Virus record (IMG/VR): IMGVR_UViG_3300021167_000088
Coordinates: 1,699 to 65,698 of that record
Strand: one strand, 5' to 3'
Source: a virus
Lineage: Duplodnaviria > Caudoviricetes
DNA length: 64,000 nucleotides
Shown: positions 35,526 to 44,490 of the stretch, piece after piece
How positions within the stretch are numbered: the first letter of the stretch is position 1
Layout: every line of letters begins with the position of its first letter
Notes under the pieces: generated by a model
The model's input: the letters and a program-made list of their open reading frames with translations, nothing else
What the model was told of the DNA's origin: nothing
The model's database searches: none
Program-made: the position numbers and the translations under genes

Positions 35526-36401
35526 TCAGGCCGGATCAACATCGAAGGACTTGAGGGCCTTGACGATGGTCTTGTTGCTGATCAGGTCTTCGATCATGGC
35601 TTCGATGTCGAAGGTTTGCAGCACTTCCTGATACGCGCTGACGGTCATGGCGTTGACCAGCTTGGCGAGACGCTCGTCGTTCGGACGGAAGTGGTCACGG
35701 GCCATCAGAGCGACGTTGGCCAGCAAAAGGCGACCGAGAGCGGTGTCGGCGTAGGCGCGGACCATGATTGGGAGCTTCTTGGAAGCGATCTGGCTGAGCT
35801 GGTTGTTGGCGATGCGGCCAGCTTCCAAGAATGCGGCCGAGGTGCCGAGAGAGATGTTTTGTTCGATAACTGCATTGACGGACTTGGTCATGATATTTCC
35901 TTTGCTTGATTGAGTGGGTGGTTCTGAGATTTTGTAGCGAGTATTTCCGGGAATTGGTTCACTATCGCCCGATGTGAAAACAACGTTGTCAGACTTTTTC
36001 AGAGTGACAGAGATGATCAGTTTCTGATTGTTGTCACCGTGACCACGGTTGTGCTTGAGCACGACTGCTTCGAGCGTATGACCAGCTTTCAAAGCAAGCG
36101 CCGCGATGCGGTTCAGTGCTTTAGGAATCCAGCCGATCTGCTCGGTGACACCGTTGTTCTTGGTGAACCAGATGCCCGTAGCGCAATCATCGAACTTGTT
36201 TTCCGGGGCAGGTTTTACAAGGAGTTGCGCACCTTGCTCGATGTCCGCGGCGTAGTCAAAGTAGTGGTGGTAGGTGATGCCAGTGATGCCGCCTTCGAAC
36301 ACGGTTGTACGCATGTGGTTGCCGCGACTTTCGTATTCACGATGCCATTGTTTTAACAGCGCCTCGTTTCTTTCCATTGCTTGCTGAGCGTTGTAGCTCA
36401 T
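35526..36401 (-). CDS. HIRAN-domain protein fused to a helical C-terminal domain
   Basis: ITGITYH...LLVKPAPENKFDDCATGI...IGWIPK is the HIRAN pattern; second in-frame start with RBS aaggaa at 35891. Confidence 0.7.
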   Translation of the reverse strand: MSYNAQQAMERNEALLKQWHREYESRGNHMRTTVFEGGITGITYHHYFDYAADIEQGAQLLVKPAPENKFDDCATGIWFTKNNGVTEQIGWIPKALNRIAALALKAGHTLEAVVLKHNRGHGDNNQKLIISVTLKKSDNVVFTSGDSEPIPGNTRYKISEPPTQSSKGNIMTKSVNAVIEQNISLGTSAAFLEAGRIANNQLSQIASKKLPIMVRAYADTALGRLLLANVALMARDHFRPNDERLAKLVNAMTVSAYQEVLQTFDIEAMIEDLISNKTIVKALKSFDVDPA

Positions 36402-36499
36402 TGTGCTTTCTCCCTTGTGAGGTGGTGGACAGTATCTGAGTATGTCAGAGTCGTCTACTCATTTTGGGTAAACGATTTACTCTGCCCGTAGTAAAGTTG

Positions 36500-36691
36500 T
36501 TAGCCCATCGACCCCAGGAGCATGAGCATTTGGCTCTCGTCAGCGATGACTTCTTCGTCGCGCCCGTGAGGGTGTTCGGCAATCGTGTCGTCGATGAACT
36601 TGACCTGGGGTGAGCCTTCGCCAAAGAAGACGGCAGCCATGTCGCGGTAGTTGCCAAGCGTTGAGTCTTGGCCGGTGCTGAGCGTGATCAT
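36500..36691 (-). CDS. Hypothetical protein (63 aa)
   Basis: MITLSTGQDSTLGNYRDMA...; RBS aaggaag in a repeated leader. Confidence 0.6.
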   Translation of the reverse strand: MITLSTGQDSTLGNYRDMAAVFFGEGSPQVKFIDDTIAEHPHGRDEEVIADESQMLMLLGSMG

Positions 36692-37054
36692 TGTGCTTTC
36701 TTCCTTGTGAGAGTATGTCATAGAGGTAAACGATTACTGCGAATTAGATGAGGGTTTTCAGGCAGACCCTCGGCGCCTTTGCGATCATTCAGAGTGGTGA
36801 CGCTATCACTCCCAACGACTTAGCCTTCGTTGGCAAGATTCTCGACGCATGTGCGCTGGGCTATTCAGTTGATAGGCTGGTGGGCATCACGTGGTGCGCT
36901 TTAGCTCGTATGTCTGGTTTGTAGCCCTGTGAGATGTAGTAGGCGTGTTTGATGGTTTAGGTTTGTCTGATCAACTTCACATGATGTTTATCCTCATAGT
37001 GGTGTTGGCGCAGAATCATGGCTGCGGTGCCCATAGTAGTTTGTACGGCGTTTA

Positions 37055-37095
37055 AAGCACCTCGCACCTAGCCGAAGGCCAGGTGCGAGGTGCTT
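37055..37095 (-). terminator. Long hairpin after early gene
   Basis: 15-bp perfect inverted repeat aagcacctcgcacct/aggtgcgaggtgctt with inner C(UUCG)G loop on the minus strand; short U tract. Confidence 0.6.
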
Positions 37096-37098
37096 GGA

Positions 37099-38019
37099 TT
37101 ACGCGGTTGCTGCGTCTTTCTTGATACGGGTGCGCTTCGGTGCGACGGGTTCAGCAGGGACTTCGCAGGCCCGAGCCATGTCGTTCATCTGATCGCGGAT
37201 CTGCGCGTCGATGTCAGCCACGCTGGCGGTGGCACCGTTGATCATGTTGTCGATCTGGGCTTCCAGCTTGGCACGACGCTCGGCGAGACGCTTGGTGTCG
37301 ACACCGGCAACCTGCATCATCTGCATGATTGCTGCATAGTAGCCGGTCAGGCGATTGACTTTGTCCGTCGTGATTGCCGCGGCAAGTTCGTTGTCGCACA
37401 CGTCGTACATGGACTCAAGGCTGTTACCCACGCACTCACCCAGTGTGTCGAATTGACGCTCGACAGCGGCGTCGTCGTAAAGGTCTTTATCCGTCAGGTT
37501 GTTACCTGCTTCGAGACCCTCGAAGGTGCGCATATAGCCCTGCATGTCTTCGTCGACATTGAAGCTGTTGTCGGACAGCAAGCACTCGATTGCATCGACA
37601 GCCTGCTCACGCGTCTTGCGACGCTCGTCGTGTGCATTGATGGCTGCGTCGTAATACTTCTTGAAGTGCGCGGCGCTGCGTGTCTGGATGCACTTCGTGC
37701 GTGCCTCGCGGCAGGCTTCTTCGTGGACATCAACCACGCGCTCCAGACCAAGGGTCTTGCGCACGGCCGGGGCAGTCAGATCGAGGATCAGGCTGCTTGT
37801 GTTACAGTCCTCAGCCCACATACGCAGCGTGGCGAGTTGCACCATCGCATTGAAGTGGCGCTGGTTATCGCCGGACTTGGCCGCGAAGAGGTAGGAGTTA
37901 GCACTCCACACCAGCATGTTGGTCAGGCACGAGCGGATTTTCCATGCAGCGCCAGTTTTCTTGTCGAAATATTCGGCAGCATCTGCGATGAGGGACAGGT
38001 TGGTGATGATCTTGTTCAT
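37099..38019 (-). CDS. Hypothetical early protein (helical)
   Basis: MNKIITNLSLIADAAEYF...; RBS aaggac; basic C-terminal tail. Confidence 0.7.
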   Translation of the reverse strand: MNKIITNLSLIADAAEYFDKKTGAAWKIRSCLTNMLVWSANSYLFAAKSGDNQRHFNAMVQLATLRMWAEDCNTSSLILDLTAPAVRKTLGLERVVDVHEEACREARTKCIQTRSAAHFKKYYDAAINAHDERRKTREQAVDAIECLLSDNSFNVDEDMQGYMRTFEGLEAGNNLTDKDLYDDAAVERQFDTLGECVGNSLESMYDVCDNELAAAITTDKVNRLTGYYAAIMQMMQVAGVDTKRLAERRAKLEAQIDNMINGATASVADIDAQIRDQMNDMARACEVPAEPVAPKRTRIKKDAATA

Positions 38020-38065
38020 GGTTTTGTCCTTTCGAGACGTGAGTAGCGCGGATTGGCTACACAAC

Positions 38066-38100
38066 AGAAAATGAAGCCCCAGAGCACGAGGCTCTGGGGC
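38066..38100 (-). terminator. Rho-independent terminator
   Basis: GCCCCAGAGC-CTCGT-GCTCTGGGGC followed by TTCATTTTCT on the minus strand. Confidence 0.65.
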
Positions 38101-38105
38101 TGGAA

Positions 38106-38252
38106 TTACACAATTGCAACGAACTCAGTTCTGATGAGCACTGTCAGTCTTTCCCAGAAGTAATCTGAGCAATGACGGACGTTCCAGAGTGCCTCACTAG
38201 GTGAGTAACCATATGAACGCAGTAGTGCGTAAAAGCGGTATTTAGCTTTCAT
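38106..38252 (-). CDS. Small hypothetical protein (48 aa)
   Basis: MKAKYRFYALLRSYGYSPSEALWNVRH...; starts 2 nt after upstream stop. Confidence 0.5.
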   Translation of the reverse strand: MKAKYRFYALLRSYGYSPSEALWNVRHCSDYFWERLTVLIRTEFVAIV

Positions 38253-38254
38253 GG

Positions 38255-38452
38255 CTAGTTATCGAAGATCGGGTTGTACTTCGTACCCATGGGTTCAGCC
38301 TCGCTATACGATACGCGCTCGACTTCCATGATCTTGGCACGCTTGCAGCCATGGTTCTCGTCTTCACCGGGCATCGCTTCAAGCTCTTCCCAGTCTTCGT
38401 CACCCATGTTCATTGCAACGAGTTGCTCGACGGATAAATCGGTTTGCCACAT
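38255..38452 (-). CDS. Small acidic hypothetical protein
   Basis: MWQTDLSVEQLVAMNMGDEDWEELE...; RBS aggag. Confidence 0.55.
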   Translation of the reverse strand: MWQTDLSVEQLVAMNMGDEDWEELEAMPGEDENHGCKRAKIMEVERVSYSEAEPMGTKYNPIFDN

Positions 38453-38528
38453 GCTCACGATAAAACTCCTGTTGGTTAATAACGCCAACGAGAACAACTG
38501 CCCTGACCATAGGGTCAGGGCAGAGTTG

Positions 38529-38768
38529 CTACTTGCGGAACATCAGAGGGATGACGGTGCCGCATATAAGAGCAGCGCCTGTGGCAGCAAAGCCGCCGGA
38601 CATCGTGCCGCCATGCAGCTTGAACACAAGTATGAAGATGCCGATCTCTATGATCAGAGCGCCCCACTTGTGGGTCTTGAATTTCCAAGCCATCGATACG
38701 AGACCAAGCGTGATCACAAGCATGTAGATGAGCGGCTCCATCGAGCCATGGAAAAGGGTCATAGTCAT
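38529..38768 (-). CDS. Small membrane protein
   Basis: 79 aa with 2-3 hydrophobic segments; RBS aggag. Confidence 0.65.
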   Translation of the reverse strand: MTMTLFHGSMEPLIYMLVITLGLVSMAWKFKTHKWGALIIEIGIFILVFKLHGGTMSGGFAATGAALICGTVIPLMFRK

Positions 38769-38869
38769 AACAGCGTTCTCCTGAGTTTGTATGCAACGGA
38801 GAACAACGCCCTTGACTAAGAGGTCAAGGGCGAAATATTCATGTCAATGTCCTGAGAAACCGAGGACTG

Positions 38870-39310
38870 GGTTGTACCGAAACTGGAAATAAATATCGGG
38901 ACAAAATGGCTGATTTCGGGGTATTCAGTGTGGATTGCAAAAGTCAACAGGGTCGGAGAATTTATTTTTCGATGAAATTCATACGACTGTTTGACGTGTA
39001 AAACAGCAGGGAACAGCGGAAAACAGCCCGAATATCGGTACAATCGGTACAGATTTCGAGGTTTTGGGACAGGTTTTGGTACAGACTATTTGTTTAATAA
39101 TCATGTAGTTAACTACTATTTGTACCGAATGTACCAATATATAGCTAAGTTGGTATAAGGCCGATGAGATGTCCCATTTCACAATGTGAAATATGAGGGA
39201 CATGTCTGTTGTCTCCGCCAACTTAACCTACCCTGTTTCGGTACAAAAGTTGTCATATTTGACCACTTTGTCCTTAGAATCAAGGACTTAACCCTGTACC
39301 AATATATACC
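38870..39310. repeat. GG(T/G)ACA iteron-like cluster 2, candidate replication origin
   Basis: Non-coding AT-rich region with ~10 GG(T/G)ACA/TGT(A/C)CC copies in direct-then-inverted arrangement; ctatttgtaccgaatgtaccaatat at 39116-39140 is identical to 10802-10826. Confidence 0.6.
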
Positions 39311-39495
39311 TTGTCATATTTTATGACGTATTCCATGTGGGTAATGATGTTGGCATCACTATCCCGTTGGCATGTGCTCCGAACCAAGGACTTTGCCCTT
39401 AGTACGGAGCCTTTTGGGTAGCATGGCACTGAGTAACCCAGCGCCACACAACCCAACATACTTACCTTGCCCATAGAGATAGAGCTAAGCGGTTT

Positions 39496-39524
39496 TAGAA
39501 GTTGCCCCAACGGGGCAACTTCTA
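39496..39524. other. Perfect 13-bp inverted repeat
   Basis: tagaagttgcccc-aac-ggggcaacttcta just past the 39529 gene stop; no U tract on the minus strand. Confidence 0.5.
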
Positions 39525-39528
39525 AGGG

Positions 39529-39837
39529 TTAAGAGACGCCGTGCAGCTTTTCGAGGCGGTCAGCGTAACGTTGCGCCGTACGAAGCGCTTGCACCTTGCG
39601 CTCCTGCTCGCGGAAGTTCGTCTCCAGCGCGAACGTCTGCTTGGCATTGCCCCATGCACCTTTCAGTGCGCCGCCGACAGCAGCCGCGGTGTTGAGCGAC
39701 TGGCTGGCGAAGTCGGTGGCCATCTCGCGGATGGTCTCACCAGCGGTAGCCGGTGCAGCTTCGTTTGAACCGTTGAGGAGGAGAGCGATCAGTTCGTCGC
39801 GGGAAGAAACGGATTGTACGTTTTTGGCAGCAGCCAT
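39529..39837 (-). CDS. Hypothetical early protein
   Basis: MAAAKNVQSVSSRDELIALLL...; RBS aaggag. Confidence 0.65.
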   Translation of the reverse strand: MAAAKNVQSVSSRDELIALLLNGSNEAAPATAGETIREMATDFASQSLNTAAAVGGALKGAWGNAKQTFALETNFREQERKVQALRTAQRYADRLEKLHGVS

Positions 39838-39929
39838 GATAATGCTCCTTGAGTATGAGGCGGGATTGCCTACACCAACGAAAACAACAGCCCTGACCAA
39901 AAGGTCAGGGCTGATTAGTTAGCGACATG

Positions 39930-40028
39930 TCAGTTGAAAGCGACAGGTGTGTAAGGGTTGAGGATGAAGCCGCCTTCGGGGAGAAGCCGGCAGATGTATT
40001 GGACGTCGAAGATGTAGACGATGGTCAT
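39930..40028 (-). CDS. Small hypothetical protein (32 aa)
   Basis: MTIVYIFDVQYICRLLPEGGFILNPYTPVAFN; RBS ggag. Confidence 0.4.
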   Translation of the reverse strand: MTIVYIFDVQYICRLLPEGGFILNPYTPVAFN

Positions 40029-40322
40029 GATGTACTCCAAGGGTGATTGATACAATGGAGGACAACAGACCTGCGCAACGGCGCAGGTCTGAGTAGTTAG
40101 AGAGCTGCTGTTGGCGCGTAAGCGCACGCGCTAGCGGCACCACATCTCACTGAGGTGTTGCGCGCTGAGCGCGGGGTTTCGTTCATCACATCAGGGGTTG
40201 TAGGAGGCCGGTTTTAGGGACTCCTACCGGATTCGGGAATCCGAATCCGAAGTGGGGAGGTGCTTGATCCTGAGAGGGGAGGGGGTGGGGCGGCCGCAAA
40301 TCCACATAATAAATCTGAAGAA

Positions 40323-40336
40323 CTCTGATATACTCT
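40323..40336 (+). promoter_or_regulatory. CTCTGA-N4-CTCT motif
   Basis: ATCTGA AGAA CTCTGA TATA CTCT upstream of the first late-arm gene; contains TGATATACT. Confidence 0.65.
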
Positions 40337-40367
40337 CTCTATACCTTACTCACAGATTTGAGACACC

Positions 40368-40907
40368 ATGAAAGCCTGCACAAAGTGCCGAGTTGTTAAG
40401 CCATTTGCTGCCTACGCACCAAACAAGCTGACAAAAGATCATCTGCAATCATGGTGCCGTGATTGCAAGAATGCTTATGACAAAGAACACCGTGCAAACA
40501 GTCCTGAGTGGAAAGAACGTCGTCGCGAATATATGCGCAGTGATAAGTACAAAGAGTGGAAAAAAGAGTATGTAAAGACCGAAGTCGGGCAGCGAGTTCG
40601 CAAGAACAACAAGAGCCAATATCTTTCAAGCCCCGCTGTAAAGCGCAACTACCGAGTTTTCTACAAGCTTCGTGCTAACAATCGTTGCCCTTCATGGGTC
40701 GACCCTGTGCAAATGCTGCCGTTCTACAAACTAGCAACGTCCCTGGGTGATGGGTATGTCGTTGATCACATCTACCCGCTTCACGGAAAGACAGTTTCAG
40801 GTCTCCATGTGCCTCAGAACTTGCAGGTTCTAACATCTCTTGCCAATAACTTGAAACGAGATTCTGAAAACCCTGTGTGGCATGGTGTGGGACTCCTTCC
40901 CAGCTAG
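40368..40907 (+). CDS. HNH homing endonuclease
   Basis: N-terminal CTKC...WCRDC; C-terminal VVDHIYPLHGKTVSGLHVPQNLQVL..AN. Confidence 0.85.
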   Translation: MKACTKCRVVKPFAAYAPNKLTKDHLQSWCRDCKNAYDKEHRANSPEWKERRREYMRSDKYKEWKKEYVKTEVGQRVRKNNKSQYLSSPAVKRNYRVFYKLRANNRCPSWVDPVQMLPFYKLATSLGDGYVVDHIYPLHGKTVSGLHVPQNLQVLTSLANNLKRDSENPVWHGVGLLPS

Positions 40908-40995
40908 GGTTCTAAATCCCAATGCCACCCACCCCTCTAATAGAATCTGAAATGCTCTATAATATTTTATAAATTTATTTCAGAGAACATGACGA

Positions 40996-41490
40996 ATGCG
41001 TAAGCCATATCCGCAGAAGCGCGATACCGCCCCCAAGAAGCCACGGGAGAAGTCAGTCGTTGTCGAGGAGAAGCAAAAAGCATTTGCCGATGCCGTGCTC
41101 GAAGGCAAGTCTCAGGCTGACGCAGCTCGTATTGCTGGATACCACCCGGCGACGGCCCACAAGGTCATGCGCCAGGAGAATATTCAAAGCTACCTAGCTG
41201 AAGCGCGCCAGGAAATCACGGACATCAGCACTATCAAGCGTATGGATGTGATTGAGGTGATTCTGGAAGCCATCGACATGGCGCGAACCCTCGCAGACCC
41301 GGCCCAGATGATCAACGGCGCCGACAAGATGGCCAAGATCATGGGTTTCTACGCTCCCGAGACCATGAAGCTCGAAGTCACCCAGAACACAGCGGTTTTG
41401 TCCCAGAAATACAAGCAGCTCAGCGACGACGAGCTGTTCGCCATCGCCTCCGGCAAGGCGAAGGTCATTGAAGGGGAGGTCGTCGAGTGA
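40996..41490 (+). CDS. terS: Terminase small subunit
   Basis: QKAFADAVLEGKSQADAARIAGY HTH; directly upstream of and overlapping terL. Confidence 0.8.
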   Translation: MRKPYPQKRDTAPKKPREKSVVVEEKQKAFADAVLEGKSQADAARIAGYHPATAHKVMRQENIQSYLAEARQEITDISTIKRMDVIEVILEAIDMARTLADPAQMINGADKMAKIMGFYAPETMKLEVTQNTAVLSQKYKQLSDDELFAIASGKAKVIEGEVVE

Positions 41491-43463
41491 GCTACCCACG
41501 CAAGCGCATCAGACTAGGAGACCTCACGCCAAAGGTCGTCGAACACCCCCCAGAACCAGAGGAAACCCATGTCAAAAGCAAGCCTGAAAGAGTTTCAGAC
41601 GATAGTGGAGTACGGGAAGAAGAACCAATTGTCGAAACAGGAGTACCAGAAGTACCTGAACGAGAAGTTGTTTGGTCCGAAACCCCGCCCAACGCCGTGG
41701 TTGCCGCTATCCCAGACCCCCAGCCCGAAAAGCCCAAGCGAAGTCGTCCTAAACGCGCTCCTAAACTACAAGCAGACCCTGCTCCGGTGGCTGAAACCCC
41801 TGTCGTCGTGCCGCGAGCCATCAAGCCGGAAGACCAGATAAATGTCGACGAAGCCTACGCCCTCCCATACGACCCGCCGAGCTACCACTTTGCGGTCAGC
41901 GACGACCCGGAAGTCGAGCTTGCCTCACGAGAGCTATGTCGTCGCAAGCTCCTCCCGTTCATTCAACGATTCCGACCGAAATACACTGCTGGATGGGTTC
42001 ATGAGGACATTTGCCGGCGGATTGAGCGCTTTGTTAAGCAGGTAGAATCCGGAGAATCCCCGCGCCTGCTGCTGATGATGCCGCCACGGAGCGGCAAGTC
42101 GGAGATCAGCTCACGTCACACCCCGGCCTGGATCCTCGGGCAGCACCCTGAGTGGGAAATCATCGCAGGCAGCCACACTTCATCATTGTCACTCTCTTTT
42201 TCGAGGTATCTACGCGATGTCATGCGCGACCCTGCTTATTCCGCTGTGTTTCCTGACGCTCATCTTGACCCAAGTTCTCAGTCCGTCGAGAACTGGAACC
42301 TCACCAAAGGCGGGGGTTACTTGGCGGCTGGTGTCGGGACTGGCATCACTGGTCGTGGCGCTCACGTACTGCTTCTGGATGACTTGGTAAAGGACATCGA
42401 GGCGGCGGATTCGATCACGATCCGCGACAACACGTGGGAATGGTACTTATCCACAGCCTACACGCGCCTCGCGCCAGGTGGCGGCGTGCTAGGGCTCATG
42501 ACCTGGTGGCACGCTGACGACTGGGCGGGGCGCATCCAAGAGGCCATGATTGCCGACGACGGGGCGGACAAGTTCGAGATCATCCGCTACCCGGCTATCA
42601 ACGAGGTGGGTGACGAGTTCATCCTACCTGACGAGACGATTCAAGAGTTTCAGGAGGGTGTGCCGCCGCCTCCCGGCTCCCGGCTGACGCGCCGGCGCAA
42701 TACAGCCGTGCACCCGGCTCGCTACACCACCGAGATGATGCTGCGGATCAAGCACAACCTCATCGGCGGCGGGCAGAAGCGTGTCTGGGACGCCCTGTAC
42801 CAGCAGAACCCCATACCGGACGAGGGCAACTTCTTCAGCAAGGAGATGTTCAAGTTCTACGGGACGATGCCGGCGCGGGACGAGCTGTACGTCTATCAGG
42901 CATGGGACTTTGCCATCTCAGAGGGCAAGGAGTCGGACTACACCGTCGGTACGTGCATCGGTGTCGACCACCGGGACAACGTCTATATCCTCGACCAGCG
43001 GCGGTTCCGGATTCAGGATGGTGGGTTCATCGTCGATGAGATCCTGGACTTCCAAGCGCTGTGGAACGCCGACCTGATTGGCTTCGAAGACGGTCAGATT
43101 TGGAAGGCCATCGAGTTCCAGTTCACCAAGCGCTGTGAGGAACGCCGCCAGTACCCCAGTCACGAGCTGCTCAAGCCCCTGACGGACAAGCTGGTGCGGG
43201 CGAACCCGCTCAAAGGGCGCATGCAGATCGGGAAGGTGTTCTTCGACAAGAACGCCACGCACTTCACCGAGATGCAGAAGGAGATGCTCCACTTCCCGGC
43301 TGGCAAGCACGACGACCAAGTGGACTCGCTGGCGTGGGCCGTGCGCCTGACGCTGACGAAATCCGCACCACGGCAGAAGGATTTCACGCCGAAGTTCAAG
43401 AGCTGGAAGGACAAGCTGCCGGGGTTGATGGGTGATCTTGGGGCTTCACACATGGCAGCATGA
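41487..43463 (+). CDS. terL: Terminase large subunit
   Basis: MPPRSGKS Walker A, LLLDD Walker B, YQQNP, QAWDFA, KHDDQVD; long Pro/Glu-rich N-terminal extension. Confidence 0.93.
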   Translation: MSYPRKRIRLGDLTPKVVEHPPEPEETHVKSKPERVSDDSGVREEEPIVETGVPEVPEREVVWSETPPNAVVAAIPDPQPEKPKRSRPKRAPKLQADPAPVAETPVVVPRAIKPEDQINVDEAYALPYDPPSYHFAVSDDPEVELASRELCRRKLLPFIQRFRPKYTAGWVHEDICRRIERFVKQVESGESPRLLLMMPPRSGKSEISSRHTPAWILGQHPEWEIIAGSHTSSLSLSFSRYLRDVMRDPAYSAVFPDAHLDPSSQSVENWNLTKGGGYLAAGVGTGITGRGAHVLLLDDLVKDIEAADSITIRDNTWEWYLSTAYTRLAPGGGVLGLMTWWHADDWAGRIQEAMIADDGADKFEIIRYPAINEVGDEFILPDETIQEFQEGVPPPPGSRLTRRRNTAVHPARYTTEMMLRIKHNLIGGGQKRVWDALYQQNPIPDEGNFFSKEMFKFYGTMPARDELYVYQAWDFAISEGKESDYTVGTCIGVDHRDNVYILDQRRFRIQDGGFIVDEILDFQALWNADLIGFEDGQIWKAIEFQFTKRCEERRQYPSHELLKPLTDKLVRANPLKGRMQIGKVFFDKNATHFTEMQKEMLHFPAGKHDDQVDSLAWAVRLTLTKSAPRQKDFTPKFKSWKDKLPGLMGDLGASHMAA

Positions 43464-43477
43464 CTCTGATATACTCT
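43464..43477 (+). promoter_or_regulatory. CTCTGA-N4-CTCT motif
   Basis: CTCTGA TATA CTCT immediately after the terL stop; another CTCTGA 20 bp later. Confidence 0.65.
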
Positions 43478-43501
43478 TGCGAACTCTGACAGGATGAAAC
43501 C

Positions 43502-43861
43502 ATGATCGGTGAACTGATTCTACGAATGTTCCATGCGCGGACGAACGCCCATGTGCTGCATCTGCAGTCCCGTTCGTACGCTCAGCACAAGGCGCTCAAC
43601 GAGTTTTACGACGGCATCGTCGACTTCGCCGACAGCATTGCCGAGGGCTACCAAGGCGAGCACGGCCTCATCGACTTCAGCACGAAGACCCGCTACACGC
43701 ACGAGGTCGACCCCGTGAAGATGCTCTCAACGCTTCAGGAGTGGGTAGAGCAGAACCGCTACGAGGCCGTCGAGGCTGAGGACACGTTTTTGCAAAATGT
43801 AATAGATGAAGTGGTTCTTTTGTGCTCCTCCACCCTATACAAACTTCGTTTTCTCAAATAA
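43502..43861 (+). CDS. Ferritin/Dps-like helical protein (DUF5856-like)
   Basis: AHVLHLQSRSYAQHKALNEFYDGIVDFADSIAEGYQG, LQNVIDEV..L...LYKL. Confidence 0.7.
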   Translation: MIGELILRMFHARTNAHVLHLQSRSYAQHKALNEFYDGIVDFADSIAEGYQGEHGLIDFSTKTRYTHEVDPVKMLSTLQEWVEQNRYEAVEAEDTFLQNVIDEVVLLCSSTLYKLRFLK

Positions 43862-44490
43862 TGACCAGCGACGCAAAGAAGCTCTACATGGCTGAATACC
43901 GCAAGAAGAACGCGGAAAAGATCGCTGCGCGGGCGAAGCTGCAGAAGGCTGCCTATTACGCTGAGAACAAAGAGCGTGTGCTTGCAGCCAACAAAGCTCA
44001 TTACGAGGCAAATAAACCTGCCGTTCTTGCAAAGAATGCGGCTTGGGTTGAGGCCAACAAAGAAAAAGTTGCTGCGTACAAGCGTGATTACGACGCTGGT
44101 AATCGCGAGAGGCTAAAGACATATTACAAAGCCTACTTTCAAGAAAATCGCGAAGAAATCAGCACCAAGCAGTCTGCCTACGCGAAGGCCAACAAAGACG
44201 CCGTCAATGCAAACACTCGTGCTTGGGCAGCTCGCAATCCAATGAAGATCAGGGCGAGCAACGGCCTGCGCAAGCGCCGCGTGCGGTTAGCAACTCCAAA
44301 ATGGTCTGACAAAGAGGCCATCAGATGCGTCTATCAAGAGGCTCATTACATGCAGATGCACGTCGATCACATCATTCCACTGAAACACCCGTTGGTCTGC
44401 GGCCTGCATGTCTGGGACAACCTTCAGTTGCTCTCGGAACAAGCAAACAAGGCCAAGGGCAACTCGTTCCTGATCGAGAGTCAGTCATGA
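43861..44490 (+). CDS. HNH homing endonuclease
   Basis: Tyr/Lys/Ala helical repeats then HVDHIIPLKHPLVCGLHVWDNLQLL..AN.KGN; TAATG coupling. Confidence 0.85.
   Translation: MTSDAKKLYMAEYRKKNAEKIAARAKLQKAAYYAENKERVLAANKAHYEANKPAVLAKNAAWVEANKEKVAAYKRDYDAGNRERLKTYYKAYFQENREEISTKQSAYAKANKDAVNANTRAWAARNPMKIRASNGLRKRRVRLATPKWSDKEAIRCVYQEAHYMQMHVDHIIPLKHPLVCGLHVWDNLQLLSEQANKAKGNSFLIESQS

Noticed and set aside
36850-37034. Possible small gene split by TAA (MGTAAMILRQHH...QT*TIKHAYY...)
   Set aside because: No clear RBS, coupling or recognisable homology; cannot be supported.
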